Below, in pieces: positions 9,988 through 21,346 of a stretch of 64,000 bases of DNA (position 1 is its first letter; the number at the start of each line of letters is the position of its first letter). The translations under genes were made by a program, and so were the position numbers. The stretch comes from an uncultured delta proteobacterium. GTDB taxonomy: Bacteria > Desulfobacterota > Desulfuromonadia > Desulfuromonadales > BM103. The stretch spans positions 38,385 to 102,384 of the forward strand of contig CAVQRZ010000029.1 in assembly GCA_963715335.1 (NCBI GenBank), read 5' to 3'. The notes under the pieces are model-generated. The model did no database searches and was not told the DNA's origin. It was given only the letters and a program-made list of their open reading frames with translations.

Positions 9988-10818
9988 CTACTGCCTCGCC
10001 AGGCGAAGGTTTTCCACTTCGAACTCGAAGTTGCTGCGGTAAGGGTTGATATCGAGTCCGCCGCGCCGGGTGTAGCGGGCATAGACGGTAAGCTTCTCAG
10101 GCTGGCAGAAACGCATCAGGTCGCAGTAGATGCGCTCGACGCACTGCTCGTGAAACTCGTTGTGCTGGCGGAAGGAGACCAGGTAACGCAGCAGGGCCTC
10201 CCGGTCTATTTTACCCCCCTGGTAACGAATCAGCACGCTGCCCCAGTCCGGCTGGTCGGTCACCAGGCAGTTGCTCTTCAACAGGTGGCTGTGCAGGGTT
10301 TCGCTGACCGGTTGCCGTGGCTCCGCAGCCCCCTCGAGCAGCCCGGCTTCCAGGACGTAGCTTTCGATCGCAAGATCAAGGTCATCGAGGCACTCTCCCG
10401 GCAGAAGAGAAAATTCTTCACCGGCAAACGCCCCGGCATCGAGCAGTCGCACGGCCACCGGCCACTTGGCCGCCTCGGCCAGGTCCCGGCTGAGCAGGGC
10501 GCGCACCGTCTCGAAGTCGTCGAAACGGGTCTGGTTGAAAGAGTTGAGGTAGAGCTTGAATGATTTCGATTCGATCAGGAAAGGCGATTCGCAGGGGACC
10601 CGGAACTCGCCCATAGCCACCACCGGCTTGCCCCTGGCCGTCAGCCACGACATCTCGTAAGCGTTCCAGATATCGACACCGCGAAAGGGCAGCGCGGCGG
10701 GCAGGCCGATCTCGTCGCGTTTGAGCTTGCGCGGCACCGGACAGAGCAGGCCGGGGTCGTACTCCGATTTGTAACGGGTGGCCTTGCCAAGCGGCAATCG
10801 ATCTGTGAAGTCATTCAT
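9988..10818 (-). CDS. queF: NADPH-dependent 7-cyano-7-deazaguanine reductase, bimodular type
   Basis: [44 protein letters not shown]. Confidence 0.97.
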   Translation of the reverse strand: MNDFTDRLPLGKATRYKSEYDPGLLCPVPRKLKRDEIGLPAALPFRGVDIWNAYEMSWLTARGKPVVAMGEFRVPCESPFLIESKSFKLYLNSFNQTRFDDFETVRALLSRDLAEAAKWPVAVRLLDAGAFAGEEFSLLPGECLDDLDLAIESYVLEAGLLEGAAEPRQPVSETLHSHLLKSNCLVTDQPDWGSVLIRYQGGKIDREALLRYLVSFRQHNEFHEQCVERIYCDLMRFCQPEKLTVYARYTRRGGLDINPYRSNFEFEVENLRLARQ

Positions 10819-10919
10819 GGTCTCTTTACTTTGCCAGAACAGGCGATGATTTCAACTGAAAATAAAACGGACACGCTTTATTGCCGTAGAGCATTGGAGC
10901 TTTAAGGCTAGAAGGTTCA

Positions 10920-11786
10920 CTAGTCAGCCCCTGAAACAGGCTCTTCAGACGAAAGGTTTCCCCTGACCGGCAAACCTTCCTGCAGATCCTCACCGAGAGG
11001 TATTGCGGCATCAATCCGATAGCCATGGGCAGCGATCAGCCCCTGTAATTCCCTGACCCGGTCATCGGGATGCGGGTGCGACGCCAGCAGGTAGGGGACC
11101 CGACTCCCGGCATCTTTGCCGACCCTGGCGAAGAAATCAGTGGCACCTCCGGCATGGCCGTAACTGGCCACCAGCAATTCGAGGCCAAAACGGTCGGCTG
11201 CCGACTCCTGCTCCCGGGAGTAGTGGCTGTCACCGACCAGGAAAAGTTTGCTCGCCAGGGCACTGGCCGCGCTGTCCTCTCCGAACAGCATGATCGCCGC
11301 AACGGTCACGCCGAGCCCGCGGCCCAGGCGATGCAGATGGTCGCGATGAGCAAAGTGTCCGAGTTCATGGGCCAGCACCATCGCCACCTCGTTCTCCGAC
11401 TCGGCCTGCTCGAGGAGTGCGGAGAAGACCATGATGCGCCCGCCCGGCAGGGCCAGGGCATTGATCTGCTCGCTCTCCACCAGCTGCGCTGAAAAGTTGT
11501 ATGCGTGCAGGGGAGAATCAGACGGAAGATTGTCGAGCAAACGCTGGAGAAACCTCTGCAGCGGCTCGTTTTCGTGGGCATCCAGGCCATCGATGAAATA
11601 TTCACCGAGCCAGACTTCCGCACTGACCGGGATTTTTGCCACGGCGATATCGGTGCTCACACCGAGCACCAGGTAGAGCATCATGACCAGCAGCAACAGG
11701 CCGCCGACCAGCCAGCCGAGTTCCGCCAGCGGATGGGTTTTCGAGACGTTGACGTTGCCTTCGATATGCTTCGGAGTGAATTTCAC
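10920..11786 (-). CDS. M48 family zinc metallopeptidase
   Basis: NALALPGG, LAHELGH, YSREQESAAD, SHP motifs; N-terminal TM helix. Confidence 0.9.
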   Translation of the reverse strand: MKFTPKHIEGNVNVSKTHPLAELGWLVGGLLLLVMMLYLVLGVSTDIAVAKIPVSAEVWLGEYFIDGLDAHENEPLQRFLQRLLDNLPSDSPLHAYNFSAQLVESEQINALALPGGRIMVFSALLEQAESENEVAMVLAHELGHFAHRDHLHRLGRGLGVTVAAIMLFGEDSAASALASKLFLVGDSHYSREQESAADRFGLELLVASYGHAGGATDFFARVGKDAGSRVPYLLASHPHPDDRVRELQGLIAAHGYRIDAAIPLGEDLQEGLPVRGNLSSEEPVSGAD

Positions 11787-12262
11787 GGTCGGTTCAGGAC
11801 CACTGCGGTGCCGTAGGCAAGGGTTTCAATGCTGCCGATACTGTTCTTCTTGTTTGCCGAACGACCGATCGTCGAGGTCTCCAGGCGCAGGTTGACGATC
11901 ATGTGCGCCCCCTTGGCCAGGGCCTCTTCTTTCATGCGCAGGATTGCTTCCCGGCGGGCGCGATCGATCAGCGACTCATAGGCCTTGACCCGGCCACCGA
12001 ATATATTACGCAGAATTGCCAGCAGCCGTTTAAAGTAGTCGTTGGACACCACCATGCTGCCGTTAACCAGGAAGGCCGCCCTGACGGCACCCTCGGCGAA
12101 GCGCCCATCGGCATTGACGACCATCAGTTTGACCAGCTCTCTTTCACGTCTGATGATCGATTTGTAGTGGCGCTTTTCAGCGATGGTGCCGCAGCTATAG
12201 CCGACCACCATCAACACCAGGAAGAGGGAAAGATCCGGATAGCTGAGAATCATCTCCAGCAT
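11783..12262 (-). CDS. YbjQ-family protein with N-terminal TM anchor
   Basis: LRNIFGGRVKAYESLIDRARREAILRM...AYGTAV. Confidence 0.88.
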   Translation of the reverse strand: MLEMILSYPDLSLFLVLMVVGYSCGTIAEKRHYKSIIRRERELVKLMVVNADGRFAEGAVRAAFLVNGSMVVSNDYFKRLLAILRNIFGGRVKAYESLIDRARREAILRMKEEALAKGAHMIVNLRLETSTIGRSANKKNSIGSIETLAYGTAVVLNRP

Positions 12263-12271
12263 GGTCGGCGC

Positions 12272-12586
12272 CTATTCGACCCGCACCGCAGTGCCGTAGG
12301 CAAACAGTTCGGCCGCGCCCTGGGCCACCGAGGAGGTGGCAAAGCGGATATTGATCACCGCATTGGCGCCAAGCTGCCTGGCCTGCTCGGTCATCCGGTC
12401 CATCGCCTCCTGCCGCGATTCCTGAAGCAGCTCGGTGTAACCTTTCAACTCGCCGCCGACCAGGTTCTTCAACCCGGCCATCATGTCACGGCCAAGATGC
12501 TTGGCACGTACCGTACTCCCCTGGACAATGCCGAAATGTTCCACAATCTTCTTGCCGGGCACGCTGCCGACGTTGGTGAGAATCAT
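12272..12586 (-). CDS. YbjQ family (UPF0145) protein
   Basis: GRDMMAGLKNLVGGELKGYTEL...GANAVINIRF...AYGTAV. Confidence 0.92.
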   Translation of the reverse strand: MILTNVGSVPGKKIVEHFGIVQGSTVRAKHLGRDMMAGLKNLVGGELKGYTELLQESRQEAMDRMTEQARQLGANAVINIRFATSSVAQGAAELFAYGTAVRVE

Positions 12587-12669
12587 AAAAACTCCCTGAA
12601 AACAAGCTGTAAGCCTAAACCGTCAGCCTGAAAAGTCTGACTTGACTCGCAGCGCAAGGTTGACCGCCC

Positions 12670-14705
12670 TCATTCTGCCGTTGCTCCCATCAGTTTGGCA
12701 AGCATATCCGACAGGCTGGCATTTTCGTCGCCTTCGGCAAGATGGAATCCGACCCGCGCTTCGTCCTGGCGCACCGTGCCGGGATTTCGGCCAGGAACCG
12801 GCTCAGCTCACGCGGTTCGGCCTTGCCGTACTTCATGCGGGTATCGGTATGCAGAATCGTCAATTTCTCCCGGGCCCGGGTGATCCCGACGTAACAGAGC
12901 CGACGCTCCTCATCGACATCGAACGTTTCCGAAACCGATTTTTTGTGCGGCAGGAAACCTTCCTCGAAGCCGGGCATGAACACATGGCGGAATTCGAGCC
13001 CCTTGCTCGAATGCAGGCTCATCAGCACCACCGCATCCTGGGCCAGCTTCTTCTCCTTGCTGTCTGAGCCCGGCTCGTCGCGATCGAGCAGGGCAACTTT
13101 TTCCAGGAAACCGGCAAGCGTCGGCGTGCCAGCGCGCATCTCGTAGGTGGCGAGCGCATTGATCACCTCGTGGAGGTTTTCGATGCGACGTTCGATCTTC
13201 TCGCGCGCATCGGGTTCGCGGCGCAGTTCATCTTCGAGGCCGATCGCTGCAAACAGCTCTCTGGCGGTTGCGGCCAGGCGGCTGCCGCCGTGGAAGCTGC
13301 GCTTGTGTTCCTCGATCAGGGCGACGAACTTTTCCAGGGCCATGGCGGCTGCGGCGTTGACACCGTCGAGCGCGCCGGCACGACGAATGACTTTCCAGAG
13401 CGGCTCCCGGCTGGTGATCGAGGTACGGATCAGCAGATCGGCAGTGGTGCGACCGATGCCACGGCGCGGGTAATTCAGAATGCGCAGCAGGTTGACCTCG
13501 TCAAAGGGGTTGACGATGAAGCGCAGGTAGGCGATCGCGTCCTTGACCTCCTTGCGATCAAAGAACTGCTGGCCGCCGATCAGCACATAAGGGATCTCGG
13601 CAAACCGCAGCTCCTGTTCGAAAACCAGGGTCTGGGCGTTGGTGCGAACCAGGATCGCGTGATCCCTGTAGGCCATGCGCCGCTCGCGCCTGTTGTGGTG
13701 AATGCGTTCGATGACCGCCCGGGCCTCATCTTCGGCGTCGATGCACTTGACCACGCCGATCTTTTCGCCCACCCCGCCGGCAGTCCAGAGCGCCTTGTCC
13801 TTGCGCTGGTTGTTGTTCTTGATCACCGTGTTGGCGGCATTCAGGATGTGCCCCGTGGAACGGTAATTCTGCTCGAGCTTGATGACCTGAGCACCGGCAA
13901 AATGGCGTTCGAAGTCGAGGATGTTGCCCGGTTCAGCGCCGCGCCAGCCGTAAATCGACTGGTCGTCGTCGCCGACCACGCAGAAGTTGTTCCACTGCGC
14001 CGCCAGCCGCCGCATCAGGGTGAACTGGGCGGTGTTGGTGTCCTGGTACTCGTCGACCATGATGTAGCGGAAACGCTCCTGGTAACGTGTTTGGACCTCG
14101 GGGAAGTTGTCAAACAGACGCACCACGAGCATGATCAGGTCGTCGAAGTCGACGGCGTTGTAGCTCTTCAGGCTCTTCTGATACTCGGGATAGACCGCTT
14201 TCGCCATCTCGCCGATCAGGTCGCCCTTCATGACGGGTCCGAATTGTTCCGGCGGCAGAAGGCGGTTCTTTGCGTCGGAGATTTTCCACAGAATCGTATC
14301 GACCTTCAGACCATGGTCCGGGGCGATATCGTTCATCAGGTCCTTGATCAGGCGTTGCTGGTCGGAGGTGCCATAAATGCTGAAGTTGCGTTTGTAGCCA
14401 AGGTATTCGATATCGGCGCGCAGAATCCGGCAGCAAAGGGAATGGAAGGTCGAAACCTGAATCCGCTCGGCCTTGTTGCGACCGACCAGGCTGGCGACCC
14501 GTTCCTGCATCTCGCGGGCGGCCTTGTTGGTAAAGGTCACGGCCAAAACCTGCTCCGGATCGATGTTTTTTTTGCCGACCAGGTGCGCGACCCTGTGGGT
14601 GACGACCTTGGTTTTGCCCGAACCGGCGCCTGCCAACAGCAGTAACGGCCCTTCGGTATGCAGAACGGCTTCAAGCTGTTGGGGATTCAACTCCGACAGG
14701 CTCAT
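12670..14705 (-). CDS. UvrD/Rep/PcrA-family SF1 DNA helicase; apparent frameshift near the C-terminus
   Basis: LAGAGSGKT, VTFTNKAA, VDEYQDTN, VGDDDQSIYGWRGA, LEQNYRS, HSSKGLEF, YVGITRA. As read the ORF stops at 12690; the alternative frame gives a more natural tail ending at 12670. Confidence 0.93.
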
Positions 14706-14957
14706 GCAAAGGCCTCGATCAATGGCAGATTGACAGAAAAATCCCCACCGCAAGATGCGGCAGGATCACTATATATCATCGAGTTGTCTCCCTGGAATTC
14801 AGCGACAGGTCAGGCTGGAAATACCTGGCAGGATAGTATGAGAAATGCGGGGGAAAGGCAAGACAATCCGGGACTGGAGGCTAGGTTCTCGGGGCTGGAA
14901 ATAAAGACCGCAACCCGTTGGTCCCTTAAGGAATCGAGCTTTGCCAGCGACCAGCCC

Positions 14958-15010
14958 CTGCGTCTGGCGGGACGCGCCCCGCCGGTTCTTGTTCTGGTTT
15001 TTATGCTTGT
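14958..15010 (+). repeat. Partial copy of the dispersed palindromic repeat
   Basis: GCGTCTGGCGGGACGCGCCCCGCCGGTTCT is nearly identical to 51363-51392. Confidence 0.75.
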
Positions 15011-15026
15011 TTTTAGAGCACCGTGT

Positions 15027-16430
15027 TCACAACCGATTATAGCCGTTCAACGCCGCGACCCGGTAGGCCTCGGCCATGGTGGGATAGTTGAAGGTCGTGT
15101 TGATGAAATACTTGATGTTGTTGTGCGGCGCGGGCTGGGCCATGATCGCCTGGCCGATATGCAGGATTTCCGTGGCATTGTGGCCGAAGCAGTGAATGCC
15201 GAGAATTTCCAGCGTCTCGCGGTGGAAGAGCAGTTTGAGCATGCCGGCCCGGTGCGCGGTGATCTGGCCGCGGGCCAGGTTGCGGAAGAAGGAGCGGCCG
15301 ACTTCGTATGGGATGCGTTGTTCGGTCAGTTCGCGCTCGGTGCCGCCGAGACAGCTGATCTCCGGCAGGGTGTAGATCCCGGTCGGGATATCCCGCACCA
15401 GGCGCTCGTCACAGGAGCCTTCGGCAATATGGGTCCCGGCAAACCGCCCCTGGTCGTAAGCAGCGCTGGCCAGGTTGGGGAAGCCGACGATGTCGCCGAC
15501 CGCGTAGATGTGCGGCTGCGCTGTCTGGTAGGTCTCGTTGACGGCGAGATTGCCGCGATGGTCCGGTACAATCCCGAGGGACTCAAGACCCATATTTTGG
15601 GAATTCCCGGTACGGCCGTTGGCCCACAGCAGCATGTCCGACTTGATCACCTTGCCGGTCTTCAGGTGCAGGACAACGCCGTCGTCATTGACCTCGACCC
15701 GTTCGTATTCCTCGTTCTGACGGATCAAGACGCCCTGCTCATCACGCATATAGTAGCTCAGGGCACTGCTGATCTCGTCGTCAAGATATTCGAGCAGGCG
15801 TTCGCGGGTGTTGACCAGGTTGACCTTGATGCCGATGTTCTTGAAAGCCGAGGCATACTCGCAGCCAATCACCCCGGCACCGTACACCGTCAGGGTCCCG
15901 GGCAGGTCATCCATCTTCAGGATGGTATCGCTGTCCACCACGCGGGGGTTGTCGAAAGGCACATCATCGGGATGGTAGGGATGGGAACCGCTGGCTATGA
16001 CGAAATGCTCTGCCGTCATCTGCCGCAGGGTGCCGGTTTCATCCTGCACTTCGATACTGTGCGGATCAGTAAAACGGGCATGACCGGCAACGATCACGAT
16101 ATGGTTGCGTTCGTAGAAGTCCTCGCGGTCACGGACCTGCTGCGCGACCACATTGTTGATCGCATCCATCAGATCATCGCGGGTCACCCGGCCGGGGTGA
16201 CGGTCGCGGTTGAAAAGGCGATGCTTCTTATCCTCCGCGTACTGCTGCACCACGTGAATCAGCGCCTTGCTCGGGATGGTGCCGAGATGGGTGCAGCCCC
16301 CGCCGACGAGAAAGCGGTTCTCGATGATAGCCACCGACTTGCCCGATTTGGCAAGCATGATCGCCGCCCCCTCACCGCCCGGGCCGCTGCCGATCACTAT
16401 CACATCAAAATGTTTTTTCAGACTGTCCAT
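15027..16430 (-). CDS. sthA: Soluble (Si-specific) pyridine nucleotide transhydrogenase
   Basis: [27 protein letters not shown] (single Cys), [12 protein letters not shown]-terminal [19 protein letters not shown]. Confidence 0.95.
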   Translation of the reverse strand: MDSLKKHFDVIVIGSGPGGEGAAIMLAKSGKSVAIIENRFLVGGGCTHLGTIPSKALIHVVQQYAEDKKHRLFNRDRHPGRVTRDDLMDAINNVVAQQVRDREDFYERNHIVIVAGHARFTDPHSIEVQDETGTLRQMTAEHFVIASGSHPYHPDDVPFDNPRVVDSDTILKMDDLPGTLTVYGAGVIGCEYASAFKNIGIKVNLVNTRERLLEYLDDEISSALSYYMRDEQGVLIRQNEEYERVEVNDDGVVLHLKTGKVIKSDMLLWANGRTGNSQNMGLESLGIVPDHRGNLAVNETYQTAQPHIYAVGDIVGFPNLASAAYDQGRFAGTHIAEGSCDERLVRDIPTGIYTLPEISCLGGTERELTEQRIPYEVGRSFFRNLARGQITAHRAGMLKLLFHRETLEILGIHCFGHNATEILHIGQAIMAQPAPHNNIKYFINTTFNYPTMAEAYRVAALNGYNRL

Positions 16431-16631
16431 AACTTCTCAACTTTTCATGAAACGCACTGCCCCTAGGATAAATGAAACTGGAAACTTTGCAACCGGTTCG
16501 TCGCCCGCAACGGCAAGCAGCCGGCTCGACAGCCTGAACACTTCAAGCTTTTCACGGACCGCAACCCGCAGCCCGATTTTTCTGGTAAACTGTTGAAGTC
16601 ACTCACTAACCCACATCGACGGGGATCAGAA

Positions 16632-17393
16632 ATGACCGCTGGCGAACTCAGCAGACACCGGGCCTTTCTCAAGGACACGTTGCGCCTGCAGATCGATTTT
16701 TCACAAACCGACCAGAACCGGGGCGTGGCGCCGCCGCCGCTGCAGAAGCCGCCCCGCGAGGACCAGCAGCCGATTCCCCTGCCCGGACGGGACGCCTTCG
16801 AAGCATTCCGCGGCACCGACCTGGTTGACGCGATCGGCCGCCGCCGCAGCCACCGCCGTTTCCTCGATCAGCCCTTGTCGCTCACAGAACTGGCCTGGCT
16901 GCTCTGGTCCACCCAGGGGATCACCGAAATTCTCGCCCCCGGCTGCGCCCTGCGCACGGTGCCCTCAGCCGGCTGCCGCCACGCCTTTGAAACCTACCTG
17001 CTGGCCAGTGCTGTTGAAACCCTCGCCGTCGGTATCTACCGCTATCTGCCGGTGGACCATGCCTTGGTCCTTGAACACCCGGCGGACAATCTGCCCGCCG
17101 CGCTGGCCCGGGCGACACTTGGCCAGGCCTTCACTGCCGCCGCGCCGGTCACCCTGGCCTGGACGGTGATTCCCTACCGCATGGAGTGGCGCTACGACAT
17201 CGCTGCACACCGGGTCATTGCCATCGATGTTGGCCATCTCTGCGAGAATCTCTACCTGGCGTGTGCCGCAATCGGTGCCGGCACCTGCGCCATCGCCGCC
17301 TATCACCAAGAGCAGATGGATACACTGCTCAAGGTCGATGGTGAAGATGAATTCACCCTCTACCTGGCACCCGTGGGGAAAATCCGCGACTGA
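16632..17393 (+). CDS. SagB/ThcOx-family nitroreductase-like dehydrogenase
   Basis: RRRSHRRF, LRTVPSAGCRH, IDVGHLCENLYLA. Confidence 0.88.
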   Translation: MTAGELSRHRAFLKDTLRLQIDFSQTDQNRGVAPPPLQKPPREDQQPIPLPGRDAFEAFRGTDLVDAIGRRRSHRRFLDQPLSLTELAWLLWSTQGITEILAPGCALRTVPSAGCRHAFETYLLASAVETLAVGIYRYLPVDHALVLEHPADNLPAALARATLGQAFTAAAPVTLAWTVIPYRMEWRYDIAAHRVIAIDVGHLCENLYLACAAIGAGTCAIAAYHQEQMDTLLKVDGEDEFTLYLAPVGKIRD

Positions 17394-17405
17394 ACGAGGC
17401 CTTTG

Positions 17406-18035
17406 ATGACTGTCAAAATCGGTCTGATCAGTGATATTCATGCCGCCGTCGGCCCCCTTCAGGAAGCGCTGCGGATCTTCAGCGAAGAGCGGGTCGAGGC
17501 GGTTCTCTGCGCCGGCGACATCGCCGGCTACGGTACGGAACTGGAGCAGACCGTGGCCTTGTTGATCAAGAGCGGCTGTCGGGCCATCGTCGGCAATCAT
17601 GACCTGTGGTACCTCGGTTATGCGGAGGAGGAAAACCGCTTCAGCGGGCCGATCGAAGGATACCTGCGCAGTCTTTACCGGGTCGCAGAACTGACCTTCG
17701 CCGGAAAAACCCTCTACATGGTCCATGCCAGTCCACCGGATTCCCTGTTGAACGGGATCAGGCTTCTCGATGAGGCAGGCATTCTGGTCAGGGAGCAGGT
17801 CGCCGAATGGAGCGACAGCCTGGCGGGAGGAGCTTATGATATCCTGGTGGTCGGTCACACCCACCAGGTCTTTGCCGAACAGTTGGGCGATGTCCTGGTC
17901 ATCAACCCCGGCAGTACCCTTTTCAACCACACCTGTGCGATCCTCACCCTGCCCGAGATGGAGGTGCAGTTCATCCCGCTGTCCGGTCAACCGCCGCTGC
18001 TGTCATGGAATTGGGGGATGCTGCATGGCCCGTGA
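17406..18035 (+). CDS. Calcineurin-like metallophosphoesterase (YfcE-like)
   Basis: ISDIH, AGD, GNHD, GHTH, INPGS motifs. Confidence 0.9.
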   Translation: MTVKIGLISDIHAAVGPLQEALRIFSEERVEAVLCAGDIAGYGTELEQTVALLIKSGCRAIVGNHDLWYLGYAEEENRFSGPIEGYLRSLYRVAELTFAGKTLYMVHASPPDSLLNGIRLLDEAGILVREQVAEWSDSLAGGAYDILVVGHTHQVFAEQLGDVLVINPGSTLFNHTCAILTLPEMEVQFIPLSGQPPLLSWNWGMLHGP

Positions 18036-18047
18036 CAGCTTCCGGGG

Positions 18048-18425
18048 TCAACCCGGATGTTGCCAGGCCGAGAAACCGAGCAGCAACCAGCCAACCAGGA
18101 AGGCAATGCCGCCAAAAGGAGTGATCATGCCGAACGGCTTGACACCGGTGAGGACCAGGACGTAGAGCGACCCGGAGAACAGGACGATTCCCAGCAGGAT
18201 CGCCCAGCCGGCGTTGCGGACCATGGCCGCCTCCGGCATCAGCTGACAGAGGACCCCGACCAGCAGGAGGCCGAGGGCGTGGACCAGGTGGTACAGGACC
18301 CCGGTCTGCCAGACAGCCAGCATCTCCGGCGTCACCCTTGTCTTCAGCCCATGGGCGCCGAACGCGCCCAGCGCAACCCCGGAAAAAGCACTCAGGCTAC
18401 CCAGAACAACAAAGATTTTCATCAT
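18048..18425 (-). CDS. DUF423 (YgdD/TMEM256) membrane protein
   Basis: GAFGAHGL, YHLVHAL, FSGSLY, ITPFGG. Confidence 0.92.
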   Translation of the reverse strand: MMKIFVVLGSLSAFSGVALGAFGAHGLKTRVTPEMLAVWQTGVLYHLVHALGLLLVGVLCQLMPEAAMVRNAGWAILLGIVLFSGSLYVLVLTGVKPFGMITPFGGIAFLVGWLLLGFSAWQHPG

Positions 18426-18559
18426 CGCCTCTTAATTTTGCCACAGATCAAACCTGAAAAATCGGATCGCAAGACAAAACCATTCTAACGTAAAGCCCGA
18501 TCGGCGCAAGGAATACCTGCTCGCCCGCCTGCGCTTTTCGCGAACGCGTTCCCTGCCCG

Positions 18560-19180
18560 TCAGGAACACCGGCACAGATAGTCGGGGACCTGTCTTTTCG
18601 ACACCTTCATCAAACCACACATCAGGGCAAAGGAAACCTCCTCAAGCCCATAGCTTTCGCGCAGGTCCTCGGTCATCTTCATCCAGAGCAGGGCCGTCAT
18701 CTCCGCATCCGCCAGGGCGCGGTGGAAGGTGCCATCCGTACGCAGGCCCTTGTAGCGCACCAGGGTTTCCAGCTTGTGGTTGGGGGCGTCCGGATAGATG
18801 CGTCGCGCGGTCAGCATCGAGCAGCCGAACTCCTGGCTGCGCCGGGCGCCGATCCGCCGGAATTCGGCATCGAGGAAGCGGCGGTCGAAGGAGGCGTTAT
18901 GCGCGACCAGCGGCCGGTCGCCGATGAAACGGGCAAAATCACGCATCACCCGATCAGCCTTTGGCGCCGACTCGACCATCTGGTTGCTGATGCCGGTGTA
19001 GGATTCGATGAAGCTGTTGATCCGGACGCCGGGATTCATCAGGCTCTGGAAGCGGTCGACCATCTCACCTTGGCGCAACATCACGGCACCGATCTCGATG
19101 GCCCGGTCACCGTGGTCGGGTGAGATGCCGCTGGTCTCAAAGTCGAGAACGACGATCGTTTCGCAGGACGTTGTAACCAT
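18560..19180 (-). CDS. DEDDh 3'-5' exonuclease (DNA polymerase III epsilon-like)
   Basis: VLDFETSG, VAHNASFD, HRALADA. Confidence 0.9.
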   Translation of the reverse strand: MVTTSCETIVVLDFETSGISPDHGDRAIEIGAVMLRQGEMVDRFQSLMNPGVRINSFIESYTGISNQMVESAPKADRVMRDFARFIGDRPLVAHNASFDRRFLDAEFRRIGARRSQEFGCSMLTARRIYPDAPNHKLETLVRYKGLRTDGTFHRALADAEMTALLWMKMTEDLRESYGLEEVSFALMCGLMKVSKRQVPDYLCRCS

Positions 19181-19196
19181 AAGAGCCCGTTATACC

Positions 19197-19640
19197 TCAA
19201 ATCCTGGCCAGGAACCTGTCGAGTTGATTGGCGAAGGACTGCCGATCGGCCGCGCTCAGGGCTGACGGGCCACCGGTATCGATGCCACAGCCGCGCAGCT
19301 CATCGAGCATGTTGCGCACGGCGAGGCGTTCCTGGATATTGTCCCGGGTGTAGAGTTCGCCACGCGGATTAAGAGCGTGCGCTGCCTTTGCGATAGCTGC
19401 TGCGGCCAGGGGGATGTCGGCGGTGACCACCAGGTCACCGGGGCCGAGCAGTTCGACGATCCTGTCATCGGCGACGTCGAAGCCGGCGGCAACGACCATG
19501 GTGTCGATGTAGGGCGACGGCGGCGTGCGCAGCGGCTGATTGGCCACCAGTGTCAGCTGCACCTGCTTGCGTTCTGCGGCCCTAAACAGGATCTCCTTGA
19601 TCACCCGGGGGCAGGCGTCGGCATCAACCCAGATTCGCAT
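19197..19640 (-). CDS. YaiI/YqxD family (DUF188) protein
   Basis: [26 protein letters not shown]. Confidence 0.92.
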   Translation of the reverse strand: MRIWVDADACPRVIKEILFRAAERKQVQLTLVANQPLRTPPSPYIDTMVVAAGFDVADDRIVELLGPGDLVVTADIPLAAAAIAKAAHALNPRGELYTRDNIQERLAVRNMLDELRGCGIDTGGPSALSAADRQSFANQLDRFLARI

Positions 19641-20341
19641 CACTCCCCCTTGCGGCTTTTGTCAGCCGCCTGCTTCGCTACGAACACCACGTGCCGATAG
19701 CCACCACGGCCCGGGCGCTCACTGCGGGTGATGAACCCTGCAGCACGCAGGCGTTGATCGAAACCCTCGTCGTAAGTCTCTCCCCACACGGTAAAGACGC
19801 CGTCCGGGGTGAGACAGGTGCGGACGTTGCTGATCGCCTTGCTGCCGTAGAGCGGGTCGTTGATCTTGTCGGTCCGGTAATGCGGCCCCTTGTAGAGATC
19901 GAAAACCACGACATCGAAACGCCCCTGCGCGTCGCCCCGCGCGCAATTGCGCACCAGCTCGGCGACGTCGCAGATTTCGACCGTGACCCGTGGATCATCG
20001 ACGGCGGAGCCGGTCAACAAGGCGAGAGGACCCCGACACCATTCGACAACGGTCGGGTTGAGCTCGGCAACCACCACCTGTGCGGTTGCCGGCAGGCAGT
20101 CGAGGACCGCCCTGAGCGTGCAGCCCATGCCGAGGCCGCCGACCAGGACCCGCGGCGCCGGGTGACTGCCGAGGTGCTTGCAGCCGAGCTGGCCGAGGAC
20201 GACCTCGGAGCGGTTGGAGAGACTGTTCATCAGCACCAGGCCGCCGACGGTAATCAGGAAGTCCCGTTCGCCGCGCTGACGCAGTTCGAGCTCGCCTTCC
20301 TCGGTATCGATTCGGTCGAGTGTTATCCAGGGCCTGGCCAT
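19640..20341 (-). CDS. Spermidine-synthase-like class I SAM-binding protein
   Basis: [27 protein letters not shown] motifs. Confidence 0.8.
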   Translation of the reverse strand: MARPWITLDRIDTEEGELELRQRGERDFLITVGGLVLMNSLSNRSEVVLGQLGCKHLGSHPAPRVLVGGLGMGCTLRAVLDCLPATAQVVVAELNPTVVEWCRGPLALLTGSAVDDPRVTVEICDVAELVRNCARGDAQGRFDVVVFDLYKGPHYRTDKINDPLYGSKAISNVRTCLTPDGVFTVWGETYDEGFDQRLRAAGFITRSERPGRGGYRHVVFVAKQAADKSRKGE

Positions 20342-20528
20342 TGCTGCTCCGAAAAAGTGCGCTAAAATTAGAGAGTGTCCGGCGCTGCAGCCGGCGGCTT
20401 TCGCGCAGCGCAGCTATAGCATTGACCACCGGCACAGGGAAAGTCAAAAAATATTGCGGACCCCGCAACGGATTCCCGCGTCTGCTGTCCTGCGAGGATT
20501 GAGTCGAAGAGGCGGAGGCAGGTCATCC

Positions 20529-21188
20529 ATGTCCAAGTATCATCTGATCACCTACAGCGAAGCGGAAGAGCTGGCCAACCGCCTGACTCACGGCACGGCT
20601 GCGCTTCTGAGCATCATCGGCCTCGTTGTCCTGGTGGTCGCGGCCTCCCGCACCGGCGACCCTTACCGGATCGTCAGCGCGGCGGTATTCTGCAGCGTCC
20701 TGAGCATCTTCTATATCATTTCGACGCTCTACCACACCCTGCGCAACCCGAGGGTCCGCTACGTCTTCCGGGTCCTCGACCATGCCGGCATCTTCCTGGT
20801 GATCGCCGCGTCCTATACGCCATTTACCCTGGTCTCGATGCGCGAAGGCAATGGCTGGGCCCTGTTCGGCGTGGTCTGGGGGCTGGCGATTGCCGGGACC
20901 GTTTTCAAATCGCTGATGACCCACCGCCTGGCGTTTCTCGCCCCGGTCCTGTATATCGCGCTCGGCTGGCTGATCGTCGTCGACCTCGAAGGGCTGCTGA
21001 CCATGGTGCCGATCAAGGGCGTGCTCTGGCTGTTCGCCGGGGGCCTCTGCTACACGGTCGGCATCGTCTTCTACGCCATCGACCGGATTCCCTACAACCA
21101 CGCCATCTGGCACCTGTTCGTGATCGCCGGCAGTCTCTGTCATTACCTGTCGATCCTCTGGTACGTTGTGCCGCTCAAGCTCGTATAG
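20529..21188 (+). CDS. Hemolysin III / PAQR family membrane protein
   Basis: EELANRLTHG, STLYH, LDHAGIF, HAIWHLFV. Confidence 0.92.
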   Translation: MSKYHLITYSEAEELANRLTHGTAALLSIIGLVVLVVAASRTGDPYRIVSAAVFCSVLSIFYIISTLYHTLRNPRVRYVFRVLDHAGIFLVIAASYTPFTLVSMREGNGWALFGVVWGLAIAGTVFKSLMTHRLAFLAPVLYIALGWLIVVDLEGLLTMVPIKGVLWLFAGGLCYTVGIVFYAIDRIPYNHAIWHLFVIAGSLCHYLSILWYVVPLKLV

Positions 21189-21346
21189 CACATTACGGTT
21201 GCTGCTTGCTTTGGCTACGGATCGAATCTGAAAAAGTGGGTTGAAAGGCTTTCTAAGCGATCGGATTTGCATCCCTCGAATTTTATGGTATTTTGACATT
21301 TCTTATTGAATGCTTATTTTTATGAATTGAACATGGGGAGGGGACA

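Noticed and set aside
9988..10818. queF as part of a Dpd or other 7-deazaguanine DNA-modification/defence island
   Set aside because: No dpdA/tgt-like, queC, queD, queE or restriction genes nearby; it looks like ordinary queuosine biosynthesis.
14658..16466. 602-aa plus-strand ORF, and similar long ORFs at 13170-14645, 61566-62885, 56882-57844 and 58502-59440
   Set aside because: Antisense shadows of well-supported genes, expected from GC-rich codon bias; no recognisable motifs.
16632..17393. SagB-type oxidase as part of a RiPP cluster
   Set aside because: No YcaO cyclodehydratase, precursor peptide or transporter adjacent; stand-alone nitroreductase-fold enzymes are common.
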